From the human T2T-CHM13v2.0 reference genome, Homo sapiens, in NCBI RefSeq assembly GCF_009914755.1, contig NC_060936.1: DNA of 64,000 nt; one strand, 5' to 3'. Shown here piece after piece: positions 14,023 through 29,320 of the stretch. The notes beneath the pieces were generated by a model. The model had not been told where the DNA came from and made no database searches. It saw only the letters and a list, made by a program, of their open reading frames with translations. A program made the position numbers and the translations under genes. Position 1 is the stretch's first letter, and every line of letters begins with the position of its first letter.

Positions 14023-14901
14023 TAGGTACTTTCAAAGAATTTTCATATGCATTTTCATTTTAGGTCTTTATACCAATCCAGTGCAGAAAAAAGAGCATCT
14101 ATTATTCCTATTTTACAGATAAACTAAAATGTTCAGAGGTAATATGTTTCACCCAAGTGCATTCAGCTCAAACCCTAAACACTTCTGACTTTAAATTTTC
14201 TCCTAGTCTTTGAATCTGTTTATTCTACAAATGTAGTCTTCTGTACTCATAATGAACTTACAAACTATTTATTTAGGGAAGTAGACATGTTCACCATGAG
14301 TGATCATCTAAGCACTCATTTTGCTTGGTAAATTTAATTCCCAGCCTAGTATCTTGCTTATTTATTTTCATAATATCCAAATATCATGGCTAGACTTAAA
14401 TCACTAAGTACATAACTTTCTATTACACAGATACTCAACATATTAGTGATATAGAAAAGAAACTAAATGTGGAAAACTAGAAACTACAGGAGACACTTAA
14501 ATTATTTTCCAGTGGTCATATTATTATGAGAATTGTCAAACAGTACGTTTTAGTGACTTGATAAGGAAGGCGTTCACAGAGCCAAGACTAAAAGCCTAGT
14601 GTGACTGAACAAAAATTTAGGTACTTTAGACGGTCTCACCTTTCTTTTTTACACGATGCTTGTGAAAAACATCTGGATAAAGGAAATTATAAGATATACA
14701 AAATAACTTTTCCCTCAAATATTTTGCTATGTGAATTCTTTAACACATAGATTGTTGATCTAGTTATTATATTAGTTCCTCCAAGTCCTTAAGATCTGTT
14801 GAATCTATACGCTATTAGGACTTTTACAAATTATCATTAATGACAAAAAATAGCACTATGAAATTGCTGTCATAATTACAAGAACTGACTAATTCTAGGT
14901 C

Positions 14902-15130
14902 ATGCATTTTCAACAGGGGTGATAGCATCCCCCAAAAGGGTGAGAACTGGTTCATAAAAGGTGAAAAAATCTTACTCTGTATAAATCACAGATATACATA
15001 CAGCACATAAACCAATATATAGTATACCTGTGGTATTAAAATTTTAAGGGAGAGGGATCAGTTAGGAAAAAAAAGTCTAAAGAAGCTCCTCAGAGGGCAA
15101 AATTGAAAAAAAAGATTGACAAGCACTTCT
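14902..15130. mobile_element. MER112-like hAT-Charlie MITE
   Basis: caacaggggtgatagcatccccc...cacagatatacatacag...tgtggtattaaaatt...aaagattgacaagcact. Confidence 0.6.
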
Positions 15131-16369
15131 CTAAGTAAGTAAGCATTAGCAAGCTACTCTAAGTTAAATAATTCAATAATTTTTTTTACTTCCTTTAAGG
15201 GGATGATCAGTCATTGTAATATGTTAAATATATTATCTTATCTAAATATATTATCTAACATATTATTATCCATTATATTTTATATTATGGAATGCTTGTT
15301 ATCTGTACAGTATCCACTAAATACCTGGAAACAAATACTTTTCAATTAATGAATTGTGCATGATCAAAAAAGAATAAATGCTTTATTGTTTTCAGCTCTT
15401 TTTAAGGCATACAACTATGCAATAATGGTATAACTTCATTCAGTGACTATAAACCCACCAACACCAGGAAATCTATCTTTTATTTTCTGAAATAGGAAGA
15501 TTTATTCTCCTCATGGTAGACTGGTTTGGCTTTGAGATTTTATTTTTTAAAATTCTTGAATCATCTAGTATAAACAAACATGAGAGAGGAATTACAGTGA
15601 AAGATTATTCATTTCATAGACGAAATTTTAAAGTATGCAATACCTCACCCTCAAATATATTAAAAACTAGAAAGAAAATCTAAACCTTTAAATGAAAATA
15701 TAGAGAGATGACATTTCTTCAATATAATGGTAGAGACTTTTCAAAAGTCAACATTATTCTTAATGCTGGAACACCAGCGCTATCAACTTAAAATAGAAAA
15801 AACAAAGATATCTGCTATCATGATTGATTTCTTAAATTCTTCTGTAACTTCTATTCAACATTTTGAAATATGAAATCTAAACTTCAGCATATTTAAAGGA
15901 AAAGACCATATCATAATTATATTTATTCTAGACACTGTTAGGAACAGCAGATGTTGAACATGAAAGACATGAATCTAACCTCAGAGAGCTTACAGTTAAG
16001 TGAGAAAAATAAACATTAACAAATAATTATACAAATATTCAATTAGTTACAATTGTGATGAGATGTAAAGAGTGCAAGGGGCCATGGGACCATATAACAG
16101 GGAAACTAACCTAGAGGGATAATAAAGGATTTCTAGGGGAGATAATAGTCATGAATAATGGCCTGAAGTTAGATGGACAAATAAAGCAATAAAACCCGAA
16201 AAGCACACAGAGGGGAATGTGGCATAAAGGGGCATAGTGCCTTCAAGAAATTGCCAAAAAGAAGCTCTGGATCATTCTGAGTAAGGGAGAAGCTGCCCAA
16301 AGGAGGGAACAGGCACAAATCATGCAGGGCTTTGTCATCCATGTTACAAGTTTTAAATTTAAGAGTTCT

Positions 16370-16648
16370 GGCCGGGCGCGGTGGCTCACGCCTGCAATCC
16401 CAGCACTTTGGGAGGCCGAGGCGGGTGGATCACGAGGTCAGGAAATCGAGACCATCCTGGCTAACACGGTGAAACCTGTCTCTACTAAATATATAAAAAA
16501 TTAGCTGGGCGTGGCGGCGGGGGCCTATAGTCCCAGCAACTCCGGAGGCTGAGGCAGGAGAATGGCATGAACCTGGGAGGCGGTGCTTGCAGTGAACCGA
16601 GATTGTGCCACCGCACTCCAGCCTGGGCGACAGAGCGAGACTCCATCT

Positions 16649-16688
<40 letters not shown>
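16370..16688 (+). mobile_element. AluY with a pure A tail of about 39 nt
   Basis: AluY diagnostics ggatcacgaggtcagga.atcgagaccatcctggctaacacggtg and gaatggc. Confidence 0.97.
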
Positions 16689-16689
<1 letters not shown>

Positions 16690-16795
16690 ATGTTCTAAGT
16701 AGAGAAATAAAATTATCAAACGTTTATTTTTAAAAGTTCACTTTAGCACCTGGGTCGACAATGGATAAGAGTCAGGACATTTTGGATAAAAGACA

Positions 16796-17092
16796 AGCCG
16801 GGCACGGTGGCTCACGCCTGTAATCCCAGCAATTTGGGAGGCCGAGGGGGGCAGAGCACCTGAGGTCAGGAGTTCGAGACCAGCCTGACCAACATGGAGA
16901 AACCCTGTCTCTACTGAAAATACAAAATTAGCCTGGCGTTGTGGCAAGTGTCTGTAATCCCAGCTACTCAAGAGGCTGAGGCAGGAGAATCGCTTGAACC
17001 CAGAAGCAGAGGTTGCGGTGAGCTGAGGTCGTGCCATTGCACTCCAGCCTGGGCAACAAGAGCGAAACTTCGTCTCAAAAAAAAAAAAAAAA
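16796..17092 (+). mobile_element. AluSp/Sq
   Basis: cctgaccaacatggagaaacc and gggcaacaagagcgaaac diagnostics, plus A tail. Confidence 0.95.
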
Positions 17093-17779
17093 GAATTGCA
17101 ATAGTTCAGAGAAAATAAAGGCTATAGAGATGGAGGATGATGGTCAAATGTGAGAGATAACTAGGAGTTAAAAGGAACTGGATTTCACAATTGACTGGAT
17201 GGCAAGAAAGGTGTCAGAGATGATCCCAAAGACTGGCTTGCACAACAGGGAACAGAGCGAGTGAGCTGTGGATAGGAAAAAATGTGGCTGAGAATGCTTT
17301 CTGAACCTTCAGAATTAAACAGCAGCTGCTCTGAGAGGTCAAACAGAAAGCCAGAAGGATAATGCCATTATTCTTTGACTTCACAGCAGCAAGATCCAGG
17401 GGTAGGAATATCCTGAGAACCTGGAAAGGAAGCTCTATCAAGTCCAAAATTAAATGCACATGTTTGGTGCCTGTCAAATCAACTCCCATAAATACTAAGA
17501 AGAAATCAGTCAGAGTAGTAGTTCCCCAGTGGAACTAGCTACAGCTTTAGAATGTACAATTTATATTCTGAGAGCAGGATTCCAACAGGATATACACGAG
17601 GAGGGAAAATTCAAGTCCCACCCACCCAGTTTGGGACAAATAATAGAAAACGATGAGAAAAATAGGAAGAAAAATCAAAATGAAGGCTTGTAGAAAGATA
17701 TTGTTAAATGAGAGGAAGATACAGTATTCTAAAAGCAATAGCATAACATTACTTAAAAGTATACTACAAGAGTGTGAGA

Positions 17780-18085
17780 AAAAAGAAATACTGGTCAAAG
17801 GGTACAAACCTTTAGCTGTAGGAAGAATAAGTACTGCAGATCTAACATACAGGATAGCAACTATAGTTAGCAATGTATTTTATACTTGAAATTTGTTAAG
17901 AGAGTAGCTCTCAAGTGTGCTTACCATACACAAAAATGGTAACCATGTGAGGTGATGAATAGGTTAATCAGCTTGTGGTAATCATTTCATAATGTATACA
18001 TATATCAAAACATTACATTGTATACCCTAAATATATGCAATTTTTATTTGTCAGTCATACATTAAGAAATCTGGACATAATTAAA
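17780..18085 (+). mobile_element. L1MA/MB 3'UTR fragment
   Basis: ggtcaaagggtacaaac...tatacttgaaatttg...tgtgaggtgatg...ttgtataccctaaatatatgcaatttttatttgtc. Confidence 0.8.
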
Positions 18086-18399
18086 AATACAAGAGGCAAA
18101 AATAAAGTTTACAAAGCATCTGCTTTGTACTTTCATATAGTTCAGGAAACATGGACCTGATCAATTTAATGTTTAGGGATGAGCTACAATAGAGGGTGAA
18201 GTAAAAATATGAAGTTGGAAAAGAGATATGTGGAAATAAGACAGAGAGTGACAAGATGAGGAAGAGTATAAAAAAAATTTAAAACAGCTAAATTAAAAAC
18301 ACTATTAGTGTTTTAATTTTTGATGGCGGATTAAAAAAATGGATTTAAGTAGGAGGAAATGGCAACAAAACCTTGGAACTAACTTACTGGACTCAAGAA

Positions 18400-19900
18400 A
18401 GCAGAATCTCTAGACTGGTAACACAGAATTATCATAAGGATGGCAAAACTGGAAGCATCACGTCCATCCTGGAAGGAGTGAGGGCTATAAGTGGGAGCAT
18501 TTCTGAAAGCTGTCTGAGAGGCAATTACATCTCTAGTTACTATCCATCATTCCACATCAGTGTGTGGCTGCCCTTCCACCAACCTGGTAGCAGGTTGGAA
18601 GTTTTTTGTTTGATTGGAGGGTTTTTTTGTTTTGTTTTTTAAGAGACACAGAGTTATCCTCTGAACTGGGAAACACAAGACAGAGTAGAGGGTATGTAGG
18701 CACTGTACTGAAAACAAGAGAACTGAATAAGCTACAGAATGCTGAACTTGTAACACACTCCCACCCTAACTGCTTTCACCCCTCAGCTCTCCAACAACTT
18801 AAGCCAAGAAGTAAGCTTCTTATGTAAAGAACCTGAACAGTCCAAAAGAGAAAACCTAAATGTATTAACACTAGTGGTTCTCCAACAAGAGCCCTACTGC
18901 ATCATTCTACATTGAGTCTCAGTTTTTACAAGAGATTTCAGAGTAGACAGTTTGGAATTATCAATTATTTGAGGAAAGCTTCTAGTATAGAAGACAGAAG
19001 CCAAAATAGCAAAGTCAGCACAAAATCTTAGAAGGAGAGACTATGCAATAAAAAATAATTTTAAATGGAGGACATGAGAATATTCAAAAAACAAAAATGA
19101 AGAGCACTTAGAAATTAAAAGTACAATAAGAAGATACAAAATTTCACACAGGTTTGGTAAATAAAGAAATCTCCCCCCAAAAAATTATAGCAGAAAGATA
19201 CAGATGAAGGCAGGAGAGGAAACAGCACTGCTAGAAGACAAGTTTAGGAGATCAAACAGCCTAACAATAGGACATCCAGAAACAGAGAGGGGGGAAGATC
19301 CTCAAATAATTCAATACATATTTTCACAACTGGAGGATATGAATTGCCAGATAAAAGGGTCCAAAAATGCACAGCTCAGCAGTTCATAATGGATCTTCAC
19401 CAAGATATACATCATTTTAAAATTACAGAACAGAGTCAAGCAGAAAAGAGAGGGAGGAGGGAAAAAGGTCACAATCAAAGGATAAAGATTATAAATAAGA
19501 ATCATCTTAGACTTTTATAGCAGCAACAGTACAGTGAGAAAATAATGGAGAAATATCTTCAATATTCTACAGGTAATTATTCCCTCCATAGAATTCCATA
19601 CCCAGCCAAACTATCATTTAAATATGAGGGTATAATAAAGATATATTTAGAAAAGCAAGGTTTTAAAAAATAAATTTCTTACTTATGTTTTTCCTCAAGA
19701 AACAGCTAAATGATATGCTTCACCAAAATGAAACAGTAAACTAAAAAACAATGAAGATATATCAGACCCTGGAAATGTATCATCATATGTAAGAGATGGG
19801 AAAAGGTAATTGTCAGGATGATAGTGAAGAGAGATCCCAGGATGAAGTATGTACACCAGATGCAGAGGAAAACCAATCCAGACCAGAGCAGTGACTCACA
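18400..19900 (+). mobile_element. HAL1 (half-L1, ORF1-like) degraded element
   Basis: ORF1-like agaattccatacccagccaaactatcattt followed by HAL1-typical caccaaaatga...gtcaggatgatagtgaag...aaccaatccagaccagagcag. Confidence 0.65.
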
Positions 19901-20559
19901 GGGCAGACACATTGAGGACTGTTCTTTAACAAATGCCTGCCATCCTTGTACTGCCTTTTTAGCCTAAAAGAGATGCTTAGGTGAATCTGGCTCAGATTCT
20001 TGTCTCAGTTTGTCTTGGCAATAAGCTGATGACATTTTTGCTTTCTCTCCAGTTATTTTCCCCTGAGATATTCTGCCTGACTCAGCTGAGAACACTCATT
20101 TCAGCCATAGCAAAGTATGTTGCATTCACCTACTCTTAAGAGCTGGAAGTATGTCTTAATGAGCTTGGAAACATAAAATGCCAAGTATTTTATTCTCTAT
20201 AGCCACATTCCTGTGGGACATCTACAACCTGTACTAGGCTACTACTTTTACATGTCCTGACTGTAGCCACCCTGTTTCATACATGGGCTTGTCTATTAAG
20301 CTCTGCAGAAGAATCTTAAACTATTAAGGAAGCTGAATTCAAATTTTGATCCAGAACAACAGGGGTGGGAGAAAGGAGACAGTTAGCTTTCTATGAAATG
20401 CACTTAAAATATGCTCTTTATTTAACATGTATATTTATATTTCATCTAATAATATATTATCATTTAGCTATTTTTTTCTGTATTATGACTATAGGCAAAA
20501 GAGTTTTGAAGTAAAAATAAATATATATTTTTAAATTTCTGTATCGTGCACTCTACTGG

Positions 20560-22350
20560 ATGCTTCAGAATTATTTTAAAAATCACATTAGTAGAAATAA
20601 AGGTTAGAATCAAATTACAGAAATGGCTTATCATTGAGGAGAGTCAACTTAATATATGAGAAAGGCAACGTGAAAAAGCATTATCAAAAATGAGAAACAG
20701 CTTGCCTGATACAGAGAACAGAAAATAATGATCCAACTTAGATACTAAATGCTCCTGGGAAGAAATAACACCAAAAAGATAAAAGCATCAAAGACAAAAT
20801 AAAAGTAAGATTTTATTAGAAAGTGGAAACCTAAGTTTGAAAGGTTTCACTCAATATTAAAAGACACAAAGACACAAAACCCATGTCTATCTAGATATCT
20901 ATCTAGAGATGGGTTATATGTCTTTTAATATTGATCTATCTATTGATAGATATGCATGTTTATTTTTTGAATTCAAGGGTAAAGAAACTATCTTAAAAGT
21001 ATCAATATTGCCATCCCCCTCCCCTCAAAAAAAATTACCTACAGCTAGTAAAGAGATAAACCTGGATTAAAATTCAAATTGTCTGTGTCTCTGAAACTGT
21101 GCTACTATACTATATGCTAATTGACTGAATGTAAAATTTAAACTACTGACTGTTAATTATTTATAAAGAGCTCTTATAAAGCCATAATAAAAACAGTGTC
21201 TACTAATACAATGAATAAAATATATGAAAAGATGATTAAAAAATATTAATGGTCAATAAACCAATAGAAGTTTTACTTATCATCTTTAGTAATAAAAAAT
21301 CACAACTTAAAAGAGGATGAAATTGGAAAAGATTAAATAGAATAATAAATCTCAGTGTTGGTAAGGGCTTATAAATACAGGCACTCATTCTCTGCTAATG
21401 AGAACATAAATTGAGAGGTTTACAATTTGACAACATATATCAAAATGCATACATTTTAACATGTATAAATGTTAATAAATTAACATTCTATGAATCTAGT
21501 CTAGATCATTTTTGTTAGTGCTATTTTATACTTTCTAAATATCCTGAGTACAAATCATTTTTATAATTAAAAGTGTCATTGTCAAAACATAGTAACATTT
21601 TAGAATTTGAGTCATTTGACCTAGTAATTCCCGTACTACAAATCTAGACTAAGTAAATAAACAGATATGGGGAAAAACAGTTATATATGTGAATGTTTAT
21701 TACAGCATTATTTTTACTAAAAATGAAAGGAAATAGCTCAAACACTTAATAATATGGTATGGTTAAATAATTTTCAAAGGAAATGTAAAGAAATGCTCAC
21801 AAAAAGTGAGAAAGTAAGACACAAATCTATAAATACAGTATAGTCTTAATATGAACAGTATTTGAGAGTTAATAATGGTGTATGTGTAGTAGAATTACAG
21901 GTATTTTAAAGTTTCTGCTTTACATTTTTCTATATTTTTCAATTTTCTCCAACAATAGTTTATATTTTATATTCTAAAATATAAAAACATTGTTTTAAAC
22001 ATTACATTTGAAAAGGATATAACTGAAAATATACAAATGTAACCAAGCTTTAAGAGTTATATAAGAGTCTCAAATTAATAATAGAAACATTGAGTTGGCA
22101 AATAAATTGATAAATTATCCAAATAATAGAAACGAAAATACTTCAAAATTAACTTTATCCATTTATTAGTATTCAAAAGTATAAATTAAAATATAAATAA
22201 GACACTATGTCTAGACCTTCTCATTTAATAAGGATATTCAATTTAATTTTTTTTAAATTAGTAGCCAGCCAGTATTTTCAGAGTGGTGAGAGGGGAAGCT
22301 TTATATACTTCTGCAAGGAAATCAAAAGTAATTAGACAATATGTAGAAAT
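20560..22350 (+). mobile_element. Old L1M/L1ME fragments
   Basis: Degraded ORF1, ORF2 and 3'UTR motifs (catttgacctagtaattcc, aatgtttattacagcattat). Confidence 0.55.
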
Positions 22351-22354
22351 ATTC

Positions 22355-23222
22355 TTGTGGCAAATATTTGTCATTTTCTTCTAAAACATTTAGCTTTCTA
22401 TATCCCTCTCTGTATTGAAGGGAGCTGGAAGCTTAGATAAGATTTCCCAGGCTGCTCTGCCAGCTGGCTTCTGGTTAGATTCTAAAGGCAACCTTTTCTC
22501 AGGGATTCCCAATTGGCCTGAACAAGACTTTTTCAAAACGATTCTGAAGTTCTAGGCTCTTCCTACTCAGTCCTCCTTCCTTCCTTCTCTTCTTTCATGG
22601 GTGTCAGACCCTCATAGTCTGAAGGTTCACCCCCTCCTTCTCCTGCACCTCCTCTCTTTATATCAAAGGTGTTTCTACCCATAAATTTCTGGTGTGTTGA
22701 ATTCTATCTTGGAGTCTGCTTCTTGGAAGATGGCACTTTCGTTAAGAAAGACCCAGGGGAAAAAAAAGAGACCCAGGGAAGAAAGAAGCCATCTATTTTT
22801 TTCCTGCTTCTGGCTTCAGAAGTGGTAAGGTAGGGTACTATGGATGCCCATGGGCTTTAACAGCATTAGCAGAGAGTCTAGCAGTGTTGGAAGCATTCAG
22901 CCTCTCAGGCAGCTCTTGTAGCATCATGAGAGAATTGGTTCCTGGTTTCCTGCTCAGTGGCCATGGAAGTCATTCCTAAATCACAGGAGGGCTTTGGCAG
23001 ACCCTGCAGTGTGCACAATCACGAGCCCTGTGAAACATTGTGTTGCTCCTTGCTCTTCCACCTGTAGGGGCAGGAACAGCTTTCTGAAGCTACAAGTGTC
23101 TGGTGATACTATCATGCTTCCTTATTTCTTTTCCAGCCCATTCAACACTTTTGTCACCAATTTCCTGTTTTAAACTGCCCTACCACGATTGCAATTTTCC
23201 TGACTGGATGTTGAATGACACA
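22355..23222 (+). mobile_element. Nested ERVL-class LTR fragments (LTR33-like, containing an LTR16-like piece)
   Basis: gggagctggaagct...tttcccaggctgctctgccagctggcttc; internal cataaatttctgg...cttggagtctgcttcttgga; end ttttcctgactggatgttgaatgaca. Confidence 0.5.
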
Positions 23223-23310
23223 CCTAACCATTTCATTCTTTTTGATACCCAAAATTCTCATTTGTACTAAATATTGAAAAAAATATTATTACATGTGAAC
23301 AAAAATTATT

Positions 23311-23377
23311 TTTTATTATTATTATACTTTTAAGTTCTAGGGTACATGTGTGTGGCAATTCCTCAAGGATCTAGAAC
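23311..23377 (-). mobile_element. Ultra-short twin-primed L1PA insertion
   Basis: Minus-strand L1 terminus (ttattattatacttttaagttctagggtacatgtg) joined to a plus-strand ORF2 piece (tgtggcaattcctcaaggatctagaac). TSD GAACAAAAATTATT at 23297-23310 and 23374-23387. Confidence 0.88.
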
Positions 23378-23906
23378 AAAAATTATTACACAAAGCTTTT
23401 TATATTAGTATTAACAAATAAAAAGTCTCCAAGAACTCTAAAAATGGGAATTTTGTTAAGAAACTTAGGTTGCATTTATATGTTTTTCCATGCCCCAATA
23501 CAATATATGTTTCTGGATATTTTTAGATACATGTAAATACTCGTTATTTACTGCTAAGTGAAAAAAAAAAGCTGTAAAATTGACTAAGTGTTTATCATAT
23601 GACCCATGAAATTCTACTTCTAAAAATATATCCTGGAGGAATTTTGTAAGTGTGAACCAAAACAAATGTATAGTGATGTCCACAGCAGCATTGTCAATAA
23701 CAACCAACAACCAGAGTGACCCAAACATCCATCAACAGTGAAAGAGATAAATACATCTCAGTATATTAATGTAATGTATACTATTACATGAAATGCTATA
23801 TCACAATATGGATGAATCTCAAGAGAAAAACATTGACAGTAAGAAGCAAATCACATTTTTTAAATGCCTATAGTAGAATTACATTTTTACAACATTAAAA
23901 ACCAGA

Positions 23907-24612
<706 letters not shown>

Positions 24613-25802
24613 AGAAAAAGCAATACTCTATTGTTCAAAAATAAGAAGTTGGGAAAGAGATACCTCTGTGGGAAGAGGGGTTGTATTCAGCGACTCTGAG
24701 GGGCTGACGACATTCTAATTACTGTCCTGGTTGATAATTGCACACTAATTTGCTTTATGTTTATTTTTCATAATATGTAGGTGTTTTATTTACTATGATA
24801 TAAGCATGAAACATTTTAACATAAAAAAGAGAAAAGAATCAGGTTATGAAAGCATAACTCTTAGAAACTAGCAACTCTGCCTGCATGGTTTAAAACAGAA
24901 TCGCTAACTCAGAGTAACATAATCTCTCACAACTAGTCTTTGTCAATAAATGTATGAATACATAAAATAATTAATGAACAGCATGCTCTCAAATATGTAT
25001 AACATGTTTATGAATTAAACCAGATGAAAAGATGTCCAAATGTTGTTTAATAATTTCTGCATGGAAAAATTATGGGTAACTTGATTTCTCTTCTGGGTAT
25101 TTTTCTTTCTTTCCAAAGTTTCTCAAATAAATATATATTACTTTGAAAATTCAATGAAATACATAATAAAAATGTGTCATTAAAAGTCCAGAATACAGTC
25201 AGTTTATGTTCTAGCTATTTTTCTTTCTCTTAGGACATTAATCCAATTGTTTTTATCAACAAGAAAAACACTATGAATTATAAATCAGTGCTCTTAAACT
25301 TTGGTGTACATCCTAATAGCTGCAAGCCAGCCCAAGAGATCCTTCTAATATCCTAGGCTAAATTGGATCAAACAATTTAAACTGTAAGAAAATCAGCATT
25401 CTGAATATTTCCCCAAAAGATCTGTCCCAGCCACCTCCCCAGGCTAACTGTGCATCACCATCCTCTTTGCTCTTTGCTCTTTGCTCTCTGCTCTCCAGTC
25501 ACAGCAATCTTATTTCAGCTCCAGTGAATTCTTTGTTTCATGTCTCAGTAGCTTGGCATAGGCTGCTGCTCTTGCCTGGATGTCTAGCCCTTCCTCTGTC
25601 TTCATTCAGATCTCAGCTCCAATGTCTCCTCCCTAGCAAAGTCTTCCCTGAAACTGTACCCTATCCATTTTACAGTTTATATACTCTTAACCTGAAATTT
25701 TATCTTCACAGCACTTTAATACCATTTGTAATTAACTATTTGTGTTATTATCTGATTAATGTTTTTCTCCTTCAACATACTGTAAGTGCCGCTAGGACAT
25801 GA

Positions 25803-26424
<622 letters not shown>

Positions 26425-26629
26425 TGCTCACTTTCATATCTCCAGAATTTGACTTAAAGCCCAACACTTAACAGACACTCCCCATATATTTCACGGATAG
26501 TTGGTTGGATAAATGAATAAACTATCAAATGAATCAACAAACAAATGAAGATCTGTCCAGAAAAATTTATGGCTATGTCTCCCAGGCTTTGAACTAAAAA
26601 TCATCTTTAAAATTTGGTTATTACCGTAC

Positions 26630-26716
26630 TGTATACACATAATGAAACATCACACTGTACACCGTAAATAAGTACAATTATCACATATCAATTAAAAATA
26701 AAATAAAATTTAAAAA
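26630..26716 (+). mobile_element. Short L1MA 3' terminus
   Basis: aaacatcacactgtacaccgtaaataagtacaattat...caattaaaaataaaataaaa. Confidence 0.7.
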
Positions 26717-27949
26717 ATTTTGTTTTTCTTTGAAAAAGATCCATTCAATCAAAAGTTCTCACTCAGACCAGTAATTAGCTTGTATTACAATGAAGATAAC
26801 ATATATTCAACCTTGGCTAATCAAACTAACTTTTTTAGGCTCCTTTTTTTCGTGGGTATAACTCACCTGTGTGTATCTTTTTCAAACAAAATAAAAATTC
26901 TTTTCCAAACCCCAAACCCAATGATGACTCATTCTCCAGAAATCTAGTTTGGATGTGATGGGTAAGGAAAGAAAAGACAAGAAAACATATTAGCCTCCTA
27001 AGATTAAGGACTATATTTTTCTGTTGGGAACTTGGAATCCTAAACTAAAATGTTTGCTCTCTGATCCCCAATATCAGAAGCTGCACCTAATGTAATTGCT
27101 TCCAAGGGGGAAACACTGCTCATTCTGACTGGCTGTCACAATACTCTGACTTAATCCCTTCCAAAATGCCCAGCTCAATATAATTGTAAGAATTCAGGGC
27201 AGAATCTTTCCATGGCAGTTTGAGCAGTAAACTTATTTGTTTGTATGTAAGGGACTGTTAGTTCTCAAAGCACAGAGGTTTTATTAAGAAGATGACAACA
27301 ATTTCTGATTTTTAGATACCCATTTTTTCAAATCCAAATATTCTGGATTTCTACAGTGTTCCTACATCATGTTCAGAAAACGGAGTAATACAGTTATCCA
27401 TTGGTGGCTCTTAAGAGCAGGATATTATTGTACTTGTATTTCGGTAGAGGTATTTATTTATTTGGTTCTTTCATCTTCTACATTTACTTGTTCCATAATG
27501 ACCTATCTACCACTCTCTCCCTTAAATATTCTCTCTATGCACACCATCCTCCTTGCTATTTCTAATTCTCTATGGCATGCTTGAAAGCATTCATACCTAT
27601 TGCTGCTTTGCCTGGAGCATCCTTTCCCTGAATACTCCACTGGCTGACTCTACTGGAAACTTTAGATCTTACCCAAAGGGCTATTTAAAAATTATATTCC
27701 CTCCTGAATACTTCCTATATGCTTTCTTCCTTCATATATTTTCCAGAGCATTTATATCATAAAACATCCCATTTTATGTATTTTTCTTATTACCTAATTT
27801 TCCACTTCTAGAATAAACATTCCATGAAAACAAAGATGTTTGTCTCTTTTCTGTACCTGCTATATTCTCAGGCCTTAATGTAGCTACTCAACAATCATTA
27901 AGTAAACAAGCAACTTTTCCATGAGAAATATCCAACTGAAATGACCAAT

Positions 27950-29000
27950 TTACTATGCTCTGGGTCTAGCATATCCCAGAAAGGGGATACGTTTACCAGA
28001 GGAAACAGTAGCAGTGACACTAAACACAGAGCTACAGCTGTTGCCTGATCATCAATCAGTCTGTGCTCCTTACACTGATAGACCAGAGAGAGAGAGAAAA
28101 GGAGTTCAATGTTGATGGGGTAAATGTAAAGGTCCCTGATGACCATGAGGAAGAAGACAGCCGCTGTGCACTAGAGGCAGAGAGGAATATATTAGGTATA
28201 CAGATGATCCACAGGGGCATCTTGTGGCATTCCTGTGCCCAGTTATAACTACCAATGTATAAGTACAGCAGCAAGAGAATGGTAACCCAGGGCTCAGAAC
28301 TCTTAGTAAAACATTAGGAAAGCCTCCTACATGAGTAGAAGTGCTAGCAAAAAGAGAGGAAAATCTAGAATGGCTGGGGGTAGGGTGGACAGACCATGGG
28401 CACCAACTGCATTAGTGGGACTCTTACTATTCCTCTTCAAGTAAGTCTTCTTGGAAATTCTGACCAACCAAAATCCTGAATAAGCTTTGCCTGGATGGAT
28501 TGACCTTCAGTGAGAAGCAGGTGGATCTGAGGGCTGTGAGGAGTAGACTGCAGTAGAACGTAGCTGCTGATACACTACCAAAATCTTTCAGGGCTGTGCA
28601 CCTTTCCTCCACTTGCTGTGAATGTTCTGTGATCACAGTTCACAGGTGCCCCCTTCTTTAGAGACTTACCTTCTGCTAAAGATGAGCCACTTCCCCAGAG
28701 AGGCCACTCCTTGCCATGGGGAACAGGCCAGTAGCTAATGGCCAATGGACACAAGGGTAGACGAGGCCATCTATCTTGCCTCAAGGAGGGACCATCTCTG
28801 TGGAGCAATTCATGCCTCGGAGATTCCCCATAGGAGCAGACTGGGCGATTCTCCAGCTGAGACTCTATTTGTGCTTAGTTTTTATCTCCTGCTCTAGCCT
28901 GCTTCACTTGCTCTCATTCTCCTGAGAGCACTCTTTCAATAAATCACGTAAACAAGAATTCCTGACTTGGCTCCGCTTCCAAAAAACCCTGCCTAAGACT
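27950..29000 (+). mobile_element. ERVL internal fragment plus LTR16-like LTR
   Basis: LTR16-type end: ctcctgagagcactctttcaataaatcacgtaaacaagaattcc...aaccctgcctaagac. Confidence 0.65.
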
Positions 29001-29192
29001 CATGTCATACGCAAATTGCCTCTGAAATAATACATTATAATGACAGGCCTTTAAAATTCTTACAAATACAATTCTGATGAACATCAGCTCACAAAATTTT
29101 TCTTAAAAGTCAGAAGCCCTAAAATAAATAAATTACCATGAGTGAAAGTCACCAGGAGGAAAACATAAAATTGCATAAAATAGGATCATCAG

Positions 29193-29320
29193 ATAGAAAT
29201 ATATAGAAATATATGGTATATATTTCTATATATATATACCTATATATACCATATAGAAATATATGGTGTGTATATATATATTTCTATATATACACACCAT
29301 ATATTTCTATAACTATATAT
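29193..29320. repeat. AT-rich palindromic low-complexity repeat
   Basis: Two perfect inverted repeats: 16-bp arms at 29199-29233 and 27-bp arms at 29252-29311. Confidence 0.9.

Larger units (their letters stand above)
15920..17250 (-). mobile_element. L2 fragments interrupted by two Alus
   Basis: agacactgttaggaacagcagat, catgcagggctttgt and ttgactggatgg...gtcagagatgatccc are L2 motifs. Confidence 0.6.
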
